A DNA stretch of 62,323 bases, taken from the IMG/VR virus record IMGVR_UViG_3300042898_000840, positions 1 to 62,323 of that record; one strand, 5' to 3'. The position numbers were made by a program, and so were the translations under genes. This DNA is from a virus (taxonomy: Duplodnaviria; Caudoviricetes). How positions within the stretch are numbered: the first letter of the stretch is position 1; each line of letters begins with the position of its first letter. Shown here piece by piece: positions 1-10,546 of this stretch. The notes below the pieces were generated by a model, which was given only the letters and a program-made list of their open reading frames with translations, did no database searches and was not told the DNA's origin.

Positions 1-127
1 GTTATTAATAATAAATTTTAAATATGCCAAACGAAATCAAACCTGTTATTGTTGCCGATGATGGAATCAATAGATCTATCAAACCTGTTATTGTTGCTGA
101 CGATGGTGTCAACAAAGTAAAAAAAAA
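1..127. repeat. Terminal direct repeat (copy 1), identical to 62197-62323; circular assembly overlap
   Basis: The sequence matches the last 127 nt exactly. 127 is a common assembler k-mer size, and the 60663-62204 gene runs directly into the start of the 24-9119 gene across the junction. Confidence 0.95.
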
Positions 128-3100
128 AGAGGTTTCACAATCAACACCAAACGGAAAAGTTATTTCATCGGAAGCATCCAAGACGGAAGAACAAAAGCGT
201 TCGGACTCTTTATCTTCAGCAAGGAGATGGTCTAATGTAACTGAACCAAAAGCTGTTCCTAGTAAATACAAGACAGATGATTACATTGACGTTTTAGAAA
301 ATAAGCCTTTAAAGAAAAAGAAAGTTGTAACTGTACAACCTGATAAGTATGCTCCAGAAGTAAAGGTTACTGAGATTGATGCTCCTACAGAAAAGGAAGC
401 TGAAATAATGATGGAAGAAGATTTCGGTAGAAAGGAATTTGATGCCTATCAAAATATCAATAAGATAGATAAAAACATTGCTTTCAAAACTGAAGATCAG
501 GCAGTAAAAGAATTAAGAGAAAGATTTAAGGGAAGTGGATTTATTTTTGAAACTACTGGCGTAGGAAATAAAATAAAAATATCTACATCTACGAATGGTG
601 GATTAACGACAATAAATTCAAAGGAATTTGATTTAATTCCTTCAACATTATATGGCCAATCACAAACTGGTATGCCAGTTGCTCAAACTGAAGATTTAAA
701 CAGAATAAGCAACGATAAATATAACGAGATTGTTGACTTCATGAGTAAGTCAATACTTAAGAAGACAGATAAAGATTTCTTAAAGAAGGAAGTAAAGGAT
801 TACGGTCAGCTTGTTAATCTTATGGCTGATAATCCCTATAAATATGGAGAAGAATTTTTAAATCAGTATGATACTGATAGATGGTTTGACAATCAATATA
901 GGGATCTTGTTATTGAATCAAAAAGTCTTAAAAGAGATGAAAACCAACTATTAGCTCAGTATGATGAATTCGTAAAGAATCCAACTAGTATAGAGCAAGA
1001 ATCTGAATTAAAAAATAAAATAAATTCTCTTGACGAAAGAAAGAATATACTTAAAAGCAAGTATGATGACTTAGGTAGATTGAATGATAAACTAAAAGTA
1101 TCGTCAGCTGTATATTACAAGAATAAAGAAAAACAAGGAAATACTGTTGGATTAATATCTAAGAGTTTTATAAAGGGTGCTTTTAATATGGAGAAAGCAT
1201 TGTCAGGAATAGCTGCTGATGTAATGCCTTATGTACTTCCAGAAGGGTCATTGATGCCCGATGTGCAAAGAGAAAAACTTAAGGCATCTGGAATGACTGA
1301 TAATGAAATAAAAGATTATGCTTCAAAGCAACTTAGAAAACAAATAGTTCCACAAATAGAAAAGGGATTAACTGATTTGGTTTCATTTGGAACTACAGAC
1401 GAGTATATTCAATCTAAAGATAGAGGTGATTTAGAAAAAGTAGCATCTTTCTTATCTGAAAGTATAGGTACTGCTATATCGGCAGGTGGCAATCCAGCAT
1501 TACAAAAAGTAGCATTTTTCAGCCAATCTTATAATGCTATTGAAGATGAAATGAACTCTAGTCAATTTGATGGTTTAAATCAATTTGAGAAAAAATTAAT
1601 TTCAGTTCCTTATGCAATGACAATAGGTGCATTGGAGAACTTAGGGTTTAAATTTGCAACTGGTACTACAAAGAATCCAATATTTAATAAGTTGGTAAAT
1701 AATATAGTTTTTAGGACTTTCTCAAACTTACCAAAAAATGCATCAGCAACATTAATGCAGAATGAATTGAAAAGAAATACTGCTGCTATGCTTGCTAATG
1801 CTGGATTAAGAATAGCAGGTGGAGCTTTGGTAGAAGGTGCTGTTGAAGGTACTCAACAGTTAGATGAGATAGCAATAAAGAATATATCAAATGCTATAAC
1901 AGACAAGGATTACTTTCAAGATGTTCCTGACATTACAACAGCAAAGGGAATTAATCAAGCAATTGGAGCTGCTGCTACTGATGCTTACTATGGTGCTCTA
2001 GGTGGTTTAATCATGTCTAGTGGATCTGAATCAATTTCAGCAATAAGAGATGGCTATAGCAATAGAAAGAGCGATGATGATTTTGCTGTGTTTTCTAATT
2101 CTTTAAAAGATAATAATCTTAGATCATCTATAGAATCAGATATAAAATCTAAAATAGTAAGTGGTGATATAACAAAAGAGGAAGCTAAGGCTCAGATTGA
2201 ATCAATGAATAAATCATATTCAATATTGAAGTCTATTCCTGACAACTTAAGTTTAAGAGACCAAAGAGATTCATTTAATTTGATTCTTGAAAAACAAAAA
2301 ATACAAAAGGAAACAGAAGGGAAAGACCCTGCTCTCGTAGCTGCTCAAACAGACAGAGTAAACGAGATTAATGAAGAACTAAAAACAATAAGCAAAAATG
2401 CCGTTCAAGTCGAAACAACAGGTGAAGTACCTGTACAGCCAAGAGCCGAAGTTGGCAGAGAAATGGAGGAAGGAGAATCCCAAACAGAACCTCAAGTCGT
2501 TGCCGAAAAAAGTAAAGCAATCCAAGAAGTAATAGATAGAAGAAGAGAGTTATTAAGTTTGGAAAGTCAGCAAAAATTAGATGCTGACCCAATTGAGTAC
2601 ACTAAACAATCTTTAAAAGAGAGTATAGATTATTATCAATCAATGGATGATATTAATCCTATTCAAGAACAAATCTTACAAGAATATAAAGATGATTATA
2701 ATACATTGACTTCAGAGAAAGTTGTAGCTGAACCAATTGTTAGACAAGAGCAACAACAAAACTTAGTCACACAAGAAAATGTTGAAGAGTTGAGATCTCA
2801 ACAAACTACACCTAGAGCGCAAAAAATCTTCACTGCTGCTAAGTTGGCAATGAAAGCATTACCTGGAGTTAAAGTTTATGTACATAATACAACTCAGGAA
2901 TTTGATCAAGCAATCGGTCAAAAATCTGTAGATGGGGCAAAAGGTGCTTATGTAGATGGAGAGGTTCATATAAATTTAGAAAATGGTGCTGACGTTGTAA
3001 CAATGCTACATGAATCAATGCATCATGGTCTTGTAGTGAAAGGTATTCAGTCTGGAGCAATGCTTGACTTAGCAAAAGGATTAAAGTCAGTTGTGTCAGA

Positions 3101-6100
3101 TAAAGGATTAAAGCAAAGATTAGAAGGCTTTATATCAGGATATGATGCATCAGAAACCGCTGAAGAATATATAGCCGAACTTGGTGCTATCATGGCTGAA
3201 GCTCAACAAGAGTTAACTACAACTAAATTCCAACAATTCAAAAACTTAATTAATAAGTTAGCCAAAAAGCTTGGATTACCAGTTGTATTTGCAGCGTCAG
3301 CAAATGCTAAGAATGCTGTTGACTTTATGAATAGTTTAACAAAATCAATTGCAACTGGACAAGAGATAAAACCAACCACTCCATATTCAGTTGGTGAAGC
3401 TGTAAGCGTTAAGCCTAACGCACCAATGAAAGTAAAATATCAAAGAAAAGCAGAATATAATGTTGACTTTGTAACAAAAATTCCTACTAAAAGCTTAAAA
3501 GATGTAGTTGATAAATACAATGGAAAAGTATTTATGATACAATCAGATGCGACAGGAGTTGGATATGATTCAAATGGTGACCCAATATATGGTGGTATTG
3601 GTTATATGGCTATAAAAGAAAATGTAGATGGTAAAATTGGTTTTGCTTCTGTAGATATGAATACGGCAAAAACAACTATATCTAAAATGATTAATAGGTA
3701 TGGGCCAAATGAAAAGATAGCTGTTTTAGTTATGGTTCAGAACCCTAGCTCAACTGTTGGTAATTACTATGGTGGTAAATATTTTGGACGAGCGTTAATA
3801 GAATTACAAAAACAAAGCAAAACGAACTACAAAGAAATAGCTAATTCATTTATAGATTTTATTGAGTCTAAACAATCAGTTGTTGACGCGTTGAATAAAA
3901 ACAAAACACATCAAAAATTAATTGAACTTATTAAGAATCCAGGGAAATTTGATGAAGTTGGTTTTGCTCAAGAGTTTGTTAAAGATACTACATTTGATGT
4001 AAGACGAGAAATATTAAAAACATTATTACCTGAGAAGGCTGATATAAGAACTAATAAATCTACACCATATATTAAACAATCATTAAAAGACTTAGGTTTT
4101 AATAGAATGGCTTTCTTAAATGAATACGGTGATAATACTTTATTCACTGAAGACATGTATGCTTCTGATGAAGGAGGTTTATTAGCTGCTGGATTTGAGA
4201 TGACATTACCTACTGCTGAAGGTATAGATCAGTTTGTGTCAGGTATTGAAAATAGAGGAATTAAACATCACTTATTTAATGGTAAATTACCATACACAGA
4301 TGAATCATTTTTATTAGATGGTCTATATCCTGTAAATGAAAACTTTAGTGAGTTTGCTAAATCACAAATGGTATTTAATGAAGAAAATCTTAACAAAGAC
4401 CAATTAAAGAAAATAGTACAGGAAAAATTCCCTACTGATAAATCATACGATGATAAATATACCAGAGTAAACTCAAAGAATTTTGTTAAAACACAAGATA
4501 GAACATATACTCATTTAACATCTCCAAATAAAATTAAGTTTAAGGCTGAATTACAAGAAACAAATCCTGAGTATTTTAAAGAACAACGTCCTGATGTATC
4601 TACAGATATTGCTAGAGGAATGGGATTTACAGCTGAAAAAGGTGCAAAGCAAGAGGCATTAGTGGAGAAAGCAAAGACAAAAGGATTCTCAAAAGTTAAA
4701 TTCCAAAAGACTGCACCTAATGGTAAGCCATCCAATCTGAATGATAAGCAATGGGAGCAGGTAAGAACACCTGAGTTTAAGAAATGGTTTGGAGATTGGG
4801 AGAATGATCCTGCTAACGCAAGTAAAGTAGTTGATGAAAATGGTGAGCCGCTTGTTGTTTATCATGGAACTAGAGAAAGCTTTGATGAATTTTCTAGTGA
4901 AGTTAGGCCAAGAAATTTTAGACAAGAAGCTGTAAACTATTCATTTTGGTTTACATCAAATGAAAAGAACTCTGAACTTTATGGAAATCAAGTAATGGAG
5001 GTTTTCTTAAACTCAAGGAATCCATTAGAAATAGACTATACTAATCCAGAGTCATATAGAGAAATCGTTGTTCCTGCTGATAAACCAAGAGCAATGTCAA
5101 TCGCTGAATTCAATGAGAAAAAAGGAATGATAAAACATTCTGAAATGACAAAAGGAATTGAACTCAGAATGAGAGAGGATAGTACAATTGATGGTATAAT
5201 TCATCGAAACATTAAGGATATTATTTTATCTGATAATTTTCAAGTGTTCGGACCTAACCAAATAAAATCAGCTACTGAGAATGTAGGTACATTTAGTGCT
5301 GAAACACGTAATATTAAATTCCAAAAGGACAACACGCAAAAAGAAGCAATACAAAAAGCAAAAGAGAAGTATACACTTTCAGTAGAAGATAGAGGAAATC
5401 CACATAAGCAAGGTGTAGATGCTGCATTAAATGATTTAAGAAAGTCAGATTGGTATAAGACTACTGATGATACACAAAGAGAAAATGCCGAGAGAGAGTT
5501 AAAAGCGTTCTTTGGTGAAAAACTTAAGAAAGCTCCGTCAGTTGCTAAGATACTAGGTAAACCAAAACCTAAGAAGGTAACTGTAAATGAAATGACGGCA
5601 TATAAAAATGAACTTAGACTACAGGCGAAAGCTGCTCGTGATGCTAAGGGTGATTTGAATGCTAAAAGAAGAGCTCTTGCTACTGCTATTAGCGGCATGG
5701 CTAAGACTGGTAAGATAAAGACTGCTCAGGCTAGCGTATTGATTAAAAGAATAAGCAATTTAAATCTAGACAATCCAGTAATGGTTGAGCGATTTGTTGA
5801 CTATGCTTCCAAAGTATTTGATCGAGCCGACTACCAACAAAGATTGGACGATGCGTTTTCAGTAAGGAAGAGTATCCGCAAGCTATTAAAGACTGACAAC
5901 CAAGCTGAAGTTTCAGGAATGGCTAAGGCATTTACAAAGATCGATCCATCGATGGTTGAAGACATTGATGCATATATTGAGATGGCTGAGAAAGTCAAGA
6001 ATGCTGTTAAGCCATCGCGAGTTAAAGGTCTTGATGTTGTAATGAAAGAAGCTGCAAATATTGCTGAGATATCTGAATACACAAATGAAGAGATTGCAAG

Positions 6101-9100
6101 ACAAGATCAAATTAAGAAAGATGAGTTATTAGCTACTTATGATTTCTTGGAAGTTGATATGTCATTGAAAGACATGCAAGATGTAATCAATGCATTGAAA
6201 GATCCAACTAGTCAAATGGATATAACTGAAAAAGAAAAGTATGTCAAAGATTACTTGAATGGTAGATTTGGAATTATGTCATCAATACTTGAGTCAATGT
6301 TCAAGACAGGCATTGATCCAATGACTGGAGAGGAAATAACATTTGATGAAAAGCAAAAAGAACTAATTAAGAGAGCACTGAATATTGACTTGAATGAAAT
6401 GTCAGTTAGAGATGCAATTAAAATTGTTGAGAGCTTAGAGAATTTTATAACTAATCAAATAACAAGTGGACTTGAAGCAGCAGTTAGTTCTTATGAAGGA
6501 GCTATGAATGTCAAGTCACTTGTCAATAGAGGTAAGAAAGCTAAATCTTTGAGATTATTTTTTAGTAACTACATTGGTAAAATATATAGCGAGCAATTAT
6601 TTTCTCTTCCAATGTTAATGGAAAAGATGTTTGGTGGTGTAACTAATTCATTAGACGTAATGAATAAGATGGGTCTTATTAAATTAATCAATGGAGTTAA
6701 TAAAGCCAATAGACAACATAATGATATTTTAGACCAGTATTCAAAGCAACCTTTTTACTCTACAAAAAACGCTCTTGGTAAATATGTCATGAATAAAGAT
6801 TTCATGGATGCTGAGAATGTATACGAAAGAGGTATGCTTGCATTCTTGAAAAGAAATCTAGTCGGAAGTCCAGCTGAAATGAAAGCAGAGTTTGAAAGAA
6901 GAGTTAGAATGATACAAGAGTCTATCAATAAATTAACTGAAGATGGTGATCCTAAAGAACAAAAAATGGGAGAGCTGTATCAAAAGATTTATGATAAGCT
7001 AGGTGTATCAGAAATGGACATGGATGTAATTAATGCCAATGCATCAAAAAATAATTTAGATGCTGTTAATTGGTGGGTTAACCAATGGTCTCAACATTAT
7101 TCAGATTTATCAGATATAAGTTTGTCTGTGTACAATACTCAATTAGGTAGCGATTTAAACTATACTCCAGACAAGTATAAAAAGTTATCTTCAGAAAATC
7201 AATCACTTGATGAAGGAGCTGTTGAGAGAAATGGTGCTTTTGCAATATCTATAGATTATACCGATAAAAATAAGACTGGTGTACTTATGGAAACAACAAG
7301 ACCAAATGCAATGCCTGATGGTAGATATATTAGTCTTGATTTCGATACAAATAATTCAAAAGCATTAAAGTCGGCACTTACTGATATTAATACTGCTTCT
7401 GCTATTCGTCAAGTCGATGGTTTTATTAATTCAAAATCATTTAAGAAATTAATTCCTGAGTCTGAGGATAGGTCTATAATTACTAAGAGAATCAATACTT
7501 ATATCAGAAGAGCAAAAGGTAAAAGCATTGTTGCATCTGATACAATTCAATATCTTAATAAGCTTGTTAATTTTGCTACAGCTCTTGGCGTAGGTAAGGC
7601 ACTTGGTGGAATTAACCAAGCAGTAAGTCAAACAATTCCAGTAATGGTAAATACTATTGTGAATGCTGGGAGATTTGATTTTGCTGGAGCTGATTTCAAT
7701 ACTTGGTTAGATAAATCTGGACTTCCAATTTCAAATCGTGGTCTTGAATCACAATCAACAGTAGATTCAATTGATAGAAAAATAGATATGAAAGGAACTG
7801 GAGTTCAAGAAGCATTAAAGTCTGTTACTGATTTAAATCAATGGTACTTAAAGCAGTTCTTAGTTAGGCCTGATGTTTTTGTTGCTAGATCATCATTCAA
7901 GTCTTATTATTTACAAAATTTAAAACGCAGAGGATTAAGTACTGATATTGATTGGAATACGCATGAAATGGATATGGATGCTGCTGAATATGCTCAAGCT
8001 ATGATTGACAGACAGCAAAACATATCTGATCCTATGTTAGCAGGTGAATTTTTGTCAAGTGATGACCCAATTAAACAGATAGCTAGAAAAGTAATTCTTC
8101 CATTTGCTTCATTTATTCTTAACCAAAAGGCTAGGATGTATAATGATATGATGACTATTAGTAGTAAAACAACAAGTAGACAAGATAAAATAATTGCTTA
8201 TAGATCATTAACTGGACTAGCTACTGAATTAGCTACATATCAAATGATTGGATTTGGTATAAGAAGATTATATGATATGATTGCAGCGTCATTACTTGGT
8301 GATGAGGATGATGAGGAAACAAAGAAAAAGAAAATAATTAACGCTACTAAGTACCCAATAAAAAGTATAGTTAATGATATTTTTTCTCCAATCCCAATGA
8401 CTGATGGAATTACTACTTGGGGATTGAACCAAGCATTAGCTCAATATCCTTGGATGACAAATAAAGAAATAAAGGATGCGATTGAAAGCAGAAATAAGGT
8501 TCTAGAATTAAAGGGAGAATCTAATATGACTGAAGCTGAAGAGAAAGAATTTATTGCCAAGATTAAAGAAGAAGCAACATACCAAGTTTTTGAAGATGAA
8601 TTTAATAGAAGTTACGGTATGATTGGTATAGCAGGAAGTACTTATCAAGAGCTAGGTGAAATTGGTAATTTAGCCACAACAGGAGAATTTACTGATGAAT
8701 ATCAAGGTAGAGAAACTACTAAAAAACTATTAGAGTCAGATCGCGAAAAGGTAAAATACGCTGTTCCATTTATGATAGCATATTCAACTGGATTATTGCC
8801 AAAAGATGTAGGTTCAATAGGTAGAAACTATGTAAATAGAATCAAGAAGAAAGCTATTACTGAAAAGCAATTCGAACGATACGATGCTGTACAGAAAGAC
8901 TTAGGACGTAATCTTAAATCTTGGGAAGTAGAATTGGTGAAAGCTAAGAAGGAATCTGAAACAGCCGTAGATGAAGTGAAGTTCATCGAGCGAAATGGTG
9001 GATTGACAGAACGTCAAGGAAGAGAATACCTAAAGCTAATGAAAGCTATCGGTGAACCAAGTGTTTCAGATATAGTTAGAATTAAAGAAGGCCAAACAGC

Positions 9101-9119
9101 CGATCAAATTTTAAAGTAA
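24..9119 (+). CDS. Giant polyvalent protein, probably injected from the virion; contains a zincin-like HExxH peptidase and an ART-PolyVal-like ADP-ribosyltransferase domain
   Basis: 3031 aa; last of three genes after the tail module. MLHESMHH at ~3003-3026 with a downstream AEEYIAE. FKKWFGDW...NGEPLVVYHGT...FWFTS...VFLNSRNPL...NQIKSAT at ~4710-5310 matches the pattern of ART domains in polyvalent proteins. Confidence 0.8.
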   Translation: MPNEIKPVIVADDGINRSIKPVIVADDGVNKVKKKEVSQSTPNGKVISSEASKTEEQKRSDSLSSARRWSNVTEPKAVPSKYKTDDYIDVLENKPLKKKKVVTVQPDKYAPEVKVTEIDAPTEKEAEIMMEEDFGRKEFDAYQNINKIDKNIAFKTEDQAVKELRERFKGSGFIFETTGVGNKIKISTSTNGGLTTINSKEFDLIPSTLYGQSQTGMPVAQTEDLNRISNDKYNEIVDFMSKSILKKTDKDFLKKEVKDYGQLVNLMADNPYKYGEEFLNQYDTDRWFDNQYRDLVIESKSLKRDENQLLAQYDEFVKNPTSIEQESELKNKINSLDERKNILKSKYDDLGRLNDKLKVSSAVYYKNKEKQGNTVGLISKSFIKGAFNMEKALSGIAADVMPYVLPEGSLMPDVQREKLKASGMTDNEIKDYASKQLRKQIVPQIEKGLTDLVSFGTTDEYIQSKDRGDLEKVASFLSESIGTAISAGGNPALQKVAFFSQSYNAIEDEMNSSQFDGLNQFEKKLISVPYAMTIGALENLGFKFATGTTKNPIFNKLVNNIVFRTFSNLPKNASATLMQNELKRNTAAMLANAGLRIAGGALVEGAVEGTQQLDEIAIKNISNAITDKDYFQDVPDITTAKGINQAIGAAATDAYYGALGGLIMSSGSESISAIRDGYSNRKSDDDFAVFSNSLKDNNLRSSIESDIKSKIVSGDITKEEAKAQIESMNKSYSILKSIPDNLSLRDQRDSFNLILEKQKIQKETEGKDPALVAAQTDRVNEINEELKTISKNAVQVETTGEVPVQPRAEVGREMEEGESQTEPQVVAEKSKAIQEVIDRRRELLSLESQQKLDADPIEYTKQSLKESIDYYQSMDDINPIQEQILQEYKDDYNTLTSEKVVAEPIVRQEQQQNLVTQENVEELRSQQTTPRAQKIFTAAKLAMKALPGVKVYVHNTTQEFDQAIGQKSVDGAKGAYVDGEVHINLENGADVVTMLHESMHHGLVVKGIQSGAMLDLAKGLKSVVSDKGLKQRLEGFISGYDASETAEEYIAELGAIMAEAQQELTTTKFQQFKNLINKLAKKLGLPVVFAASANAKNAVDFMNSLTKSIATGQEIKPTTPYSVGEAVSVKPNAPMKVKYQRKAEYNVDFVTKIPTKSLKDVVDKYNGKVFMIQSDATGVGYDSNGDPIYGGIGYMAIKENVDGKIGFASVDMNTAKTTISKMINRYGPNEKIAVLVMVQNPSSTVGNYYGGKYFGRALIELQKQSKTNYKEIANSFIDFIESKQSVVDALNKNKTHQKLIELIKNPGKFDEVGFAQEFVKDTTFDVRREILKTLLPEKADIRTNKSTPYIKQSLKDLGFNRMAFLNEYGDNTLFTEDMYASDEGGLLAAGFEMTLPTAEGIDQFVSGIENRGIKHHLFNGKLPYTDESFLLDGLYPVNENFSEFAKSQMVFNEENLNKDQLKKIVQEKFPTDKSYDDKYTRVNSKNFVKTQDRTYTHLTSPNKIKFKAELQETNPEYFKEQRPDVSTDIARGMGFTAEKGAKQEALVEKAKTKGFSKVKFQKTAPNGKPSNLNDKQWEQVRTPEFKKWFGDWENDPANASKVVDENGEPLVVYHGTRESFDEFSSEVRPRNFRQEAVNYSFWFTSNEKNSELYGNQVMEVFLNSRNPLEIDYTNPESYREIVVPADKPRAMSIAEFNEKKGMIKHSEMTKGIELRMREDSTIDGIIHRNIKDIILSDNFQVFGPNQIKSATENVGTFSAETRNIKFQKDNTQKEAIQKAKEKYTLSVEDRGNPHKQGVDAALNDLRKSDWYKTTDDTQRENAERELKAFFGEKLKKAPSVAKILGKPKPKKVTVNEMTAYKNELRLQAKAARDAKGDLNAKRRALATAISGMAKTGKIKTAQASVLIKRISNLNLDNPVMVERFVDYASKVFDRADYQQRLDDAFSVRKSIRKLLKTDNQAEVSGMAKAFTKIDPSMVEDIDAYIEMAEKVKNAVKPSRVKGLDVVMKEAANIAEISEYTNEEIARQDQIKKDELLATYDFLEVDMSLKDMQDVINALKDPTSQMDITEKEKYVKDYLNGRFGIMSSILESMFKTGIDPMTGEEITFDEKQKELIKRALNIDLNEMSVRDAIKIVESLENFITNQITSGLEAAVSSYEGAMNVKSLVNRGKKAKSLRLFFSNYIGKIYSEQLFSLPMLMEKMFGGVTNSLDVMNKMGLIKLINGVNKANRQHNDILDQYSKQPFYSTKNALGKYVMNKDFMDAENVYERGMLAFLKRNLVGSPAEMKAEFERRVRMIQESINKLTEDGDPKEQKMGELYQKIYDKLGVSEMDMDVINANASKNNLDAVNWWVNQWSQHYSDLSDISLSVYNTQLGSDLNYTPDKYKKLSSENQSLDEGAVERNGAFAISIDYTDKNKTGVLMETTRPNAMPDGRYISLDFDTNNSKALKSALTDINTASAIRQVDGFINSKSFKKLIPESEDRSIITKRINTYIRRAKGKSIVASDTIQYLNKLVNFATALGVGKALGGINQAVSQTIPVMVNTIVNAGRFDFAGADFNTWLDKSGLPISNRGLESQSTVDSIDRKIDMKGTGVQEALKSVTDLNQWYLKQFLVRPDVFVARSSFKSYYLQNLKRRGLSTDIDWNTHEMDMDAAEYAQAMIDRQQNISDPMLAGEFLSSDDPIKQIARKVILPFASFILNQKARMYNDMMTISSKTTSRQDKIIAYRSLTGLATELATYQMIGFGIRRLYDMIAASLLGDEDDEETKKKKIINATKYPIKSIVNDIFSPIPMTDGITTWGLNQALAQYPWMTNKEIKDAIESRNKVLELKGESNMTEAEEKEFIAKIKEEATYQVFEDEFNRSYGMIGIAGSTYQELGEIGNLATTGEFTDEYQGRETTKKLLESDREKVKYAVPFMIAYSTGLLPKDVGSIGRNYVNRIKKKAITEKQFERYDAVQKDLGRNLKSWEVELVKAKKESETAVDEVKFIERNGGLTERQGREYLKLMKAIGEPSVSDIVRIKEGQTADQILK
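36..115 (+). repeat. Imperfect 42-bp tandem duplication encoding IKPVIVADDG twice
   Basis: atcaaacctgttattgttgc(c/t)ga(t/c)gatgg occurs at 36 and 78. Confidence 0.9.
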
Positions 9120-9268
9120 TCAAGAGCAATACCATAACAATAGTTAAGTTTGCTCATGTCTGAATGTATAAAGAAAGGGTGGTATCGTAACTCGATGCGC
9201 ACCCTTACTTTTTTCTTCTCGTAGATGTAGTTCTCTACAACAGCAATCATTTCTTCAACTGTTATCAT
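9104..9268 (-). CDS. Hypothetical protein (54 aa)
   Basis: Hand-translated MITVEEMIAVVENYIYEKK...; the ATG overlaps the stop of the upstream gene (TGATG). Confidence 0.6.
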   Translation of the reverse strand: MITVEEMIAVVENYIYEKKKVRVRIELRYHPFFIHSDMSKLNYCYGIALDYFKI

Positions 9269-10377
9269 CAGAACAAATGTGTTAACCTGGCAATCTGCCC
9301 ATGGTCAGGATGGTGAATAAAACCCTCAATAGCTTTGGGTGCATGCTGATATCCATTACGATGATGCCAGCCATCAGTCCCACTAGGCGAACGTAATGTC
9401 TCCACACATACTGACATGTAGTCTTTTGATGACTTATGATGTATGTGATGTCCATATATATAACGATGATTGCATTCATGCCAAGAAGCACCCGTTTCAT
9501 GAGCCATAAGTAATGGTAAGTCTTGTTGCTTTGCTCCATCCATATGAGTAGAACCGATTAAGTTTTTACCATATGATATATATTTACGATGCTTCATGTC
9601 ATTGTCAAAAGTAACTTGCTTGCATTTACCAAACCATGCTTCAATACATTGCAGCAACATAAATCCAGACATAAAGTCATGGTTACTTGGATTGTATACA
9701 ACATGAACATCAGCTATAGTCATTAGTGTTTCAATGACTTCAATAAGTAACTTCTTAGCTGTGATGAAGTTATCATACCACATCCCATCAGTATCCTGTG
9801 GTGTACCACTTGTTGTTGTGCGTTTTGGATTGTCAATATGCAGAATGTCATTACCAGCTATAAAAATAATCTTATCTATATTGAAAGCTGCTGACTTATT
9901 CAGTATACCATGCAGGCCTTCACGAACTCTCTGAACAGCTACCTGCATATTGTAATTCTCGCCAGTCTCAAAGCTAGAACAGATCTTACCAATATGAATA
10001 TCGGCAGGGTCAAACACAAGGCAATGTGGATCACATGACACTTCTCTTCTGAATGTCGGATACCTTGGACTCCATTTAGATATTTCCTCAATTAGGTCTT
10101 GCTTAAAGGCATCGTGATCAAATTCGTTATTCTTCTTGACGTTGATACTGAAGTGTTTGCCTTTGTGCCAGTAGTGGCTGACATTATCATGATCTATGCC
10201 AGCTTCTTTACACGCTTCATAAAGACCTCTATCTTTTGTCCAATTGTAAATATTTCTTTCAATTGATGAGTAGTGATCTTTTAAATTGAATTCTTTTATG
10301 ACTTGTTCGGCAATTTCTCTTTTAGTTTTACCTTCCTCAAAAAAAAGTTCAATTGCTCTATTCTGGTATATCTTCAT
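9268..10377 (-). CDS. Calcineurin-like metallophosphoesterase with N-terminal HTH
   Basis: Motifs ADIHIG, GNDILH, SNHD, HMD and GHHIH; N-terminal KTKREIAE helix-turn-helix. Confidence 0.8.
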   Translation of the reverse strand: MKIYQNRAIELFFEEGKTKREIAEQVIKEFNLKDHYSSIERNIYNWTKDRGLYEACKEAGIDHDNVSHYWHKGKHFSINVKKNNEFDHDAFKQDLIEEISKWSPRYPTFRREVSCDPHCLVFDPADIHIGKICSSFETGENYNMQVAVQRVREGLHGILNKSAAFNIDKIIFIAGNDILHIDNPKRTTTSGTPQDTDGMWYDNFITAKKLLIEVIETLMTIADVHVVYNPSNHDFMSGFMLLQCIEAWFGKCKQVTFDNDMKHRKYISYGKNLIGSTHMDGAKQQDLPLLMAHETGASWHECNHRYIYGHHIHHKSSKDYMSVCVETLRSPSGTDGWHHRNGYQHAPKAIEGFIHHPDHGQIARLTHLF

Positions 10378-10528
10378 GGGTTCTTTCTAGATCTCTCAAA
10401 ACTCTTATTAAGTTTTGAATGTTAGATTTCATTTCTTTATAATCAGAATCAACTAAAGACTCATATATGCAATCCGTTAAATCATTGATTTCGGTCATTA
10501 CTGCATTAACGTAGTTGATGTTCTCCAT
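10358..10528 (-). CDS. Hypothetical protein (56 aa)
   Basis: Hand-translated MENINYVNAVMTEINDLTDC..., directly downstream of a TAnnTTTG box. Confidence 0.6.
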   Translation of the reverse strand: MENINYVNAVMTEINDLTDCIYESLVDSDYKEMKSNIQNLIRVLRDLERTHEDIPE

Positions 10529-10538
10529 TTATTATCAA

Positions 10539-10546
10539 CAAATATA
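10539..10546 (-). promoter_or_regulatory. Bacteroidota sigma70-type -7 promoter box (TATATTTG)
   Basis: Matches the TAnnTTTG consensus, 10 nt upstream of an ATG. Confidence 0.6.

Noticed and set aside
1-127. Biological terminal repeat
   Set aside because: The length equals a common k-mer size and it cuts through coding sequence; an assembly overlap is more likely.
2368-7631. Short antisense ORFs inside the giant gene (and similar ones elsewhere)
   Set aside because: They are shadow ORFs of long coding regions with no recognisable motifs.
24-9119. Virion RNA polymerase as in crAss-like phages
   Set aside because: I saw no DxDxD catalytic motif in a double-psi-barrel context; the motifs fit a polyvalent protein.
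9175-9214. Hairpin with T-run after the giant gene as a stand-alone ncRNA
   Set aside because: It lies inside a plausible minus-strand ORF; at most it is a terminator for the plus-strand arm.
9245-9272. CTGATGA...GAAA at a stop/start overlap
   Set aside because: There are no supporting stems; it is explained by the TGATG gene overlap.
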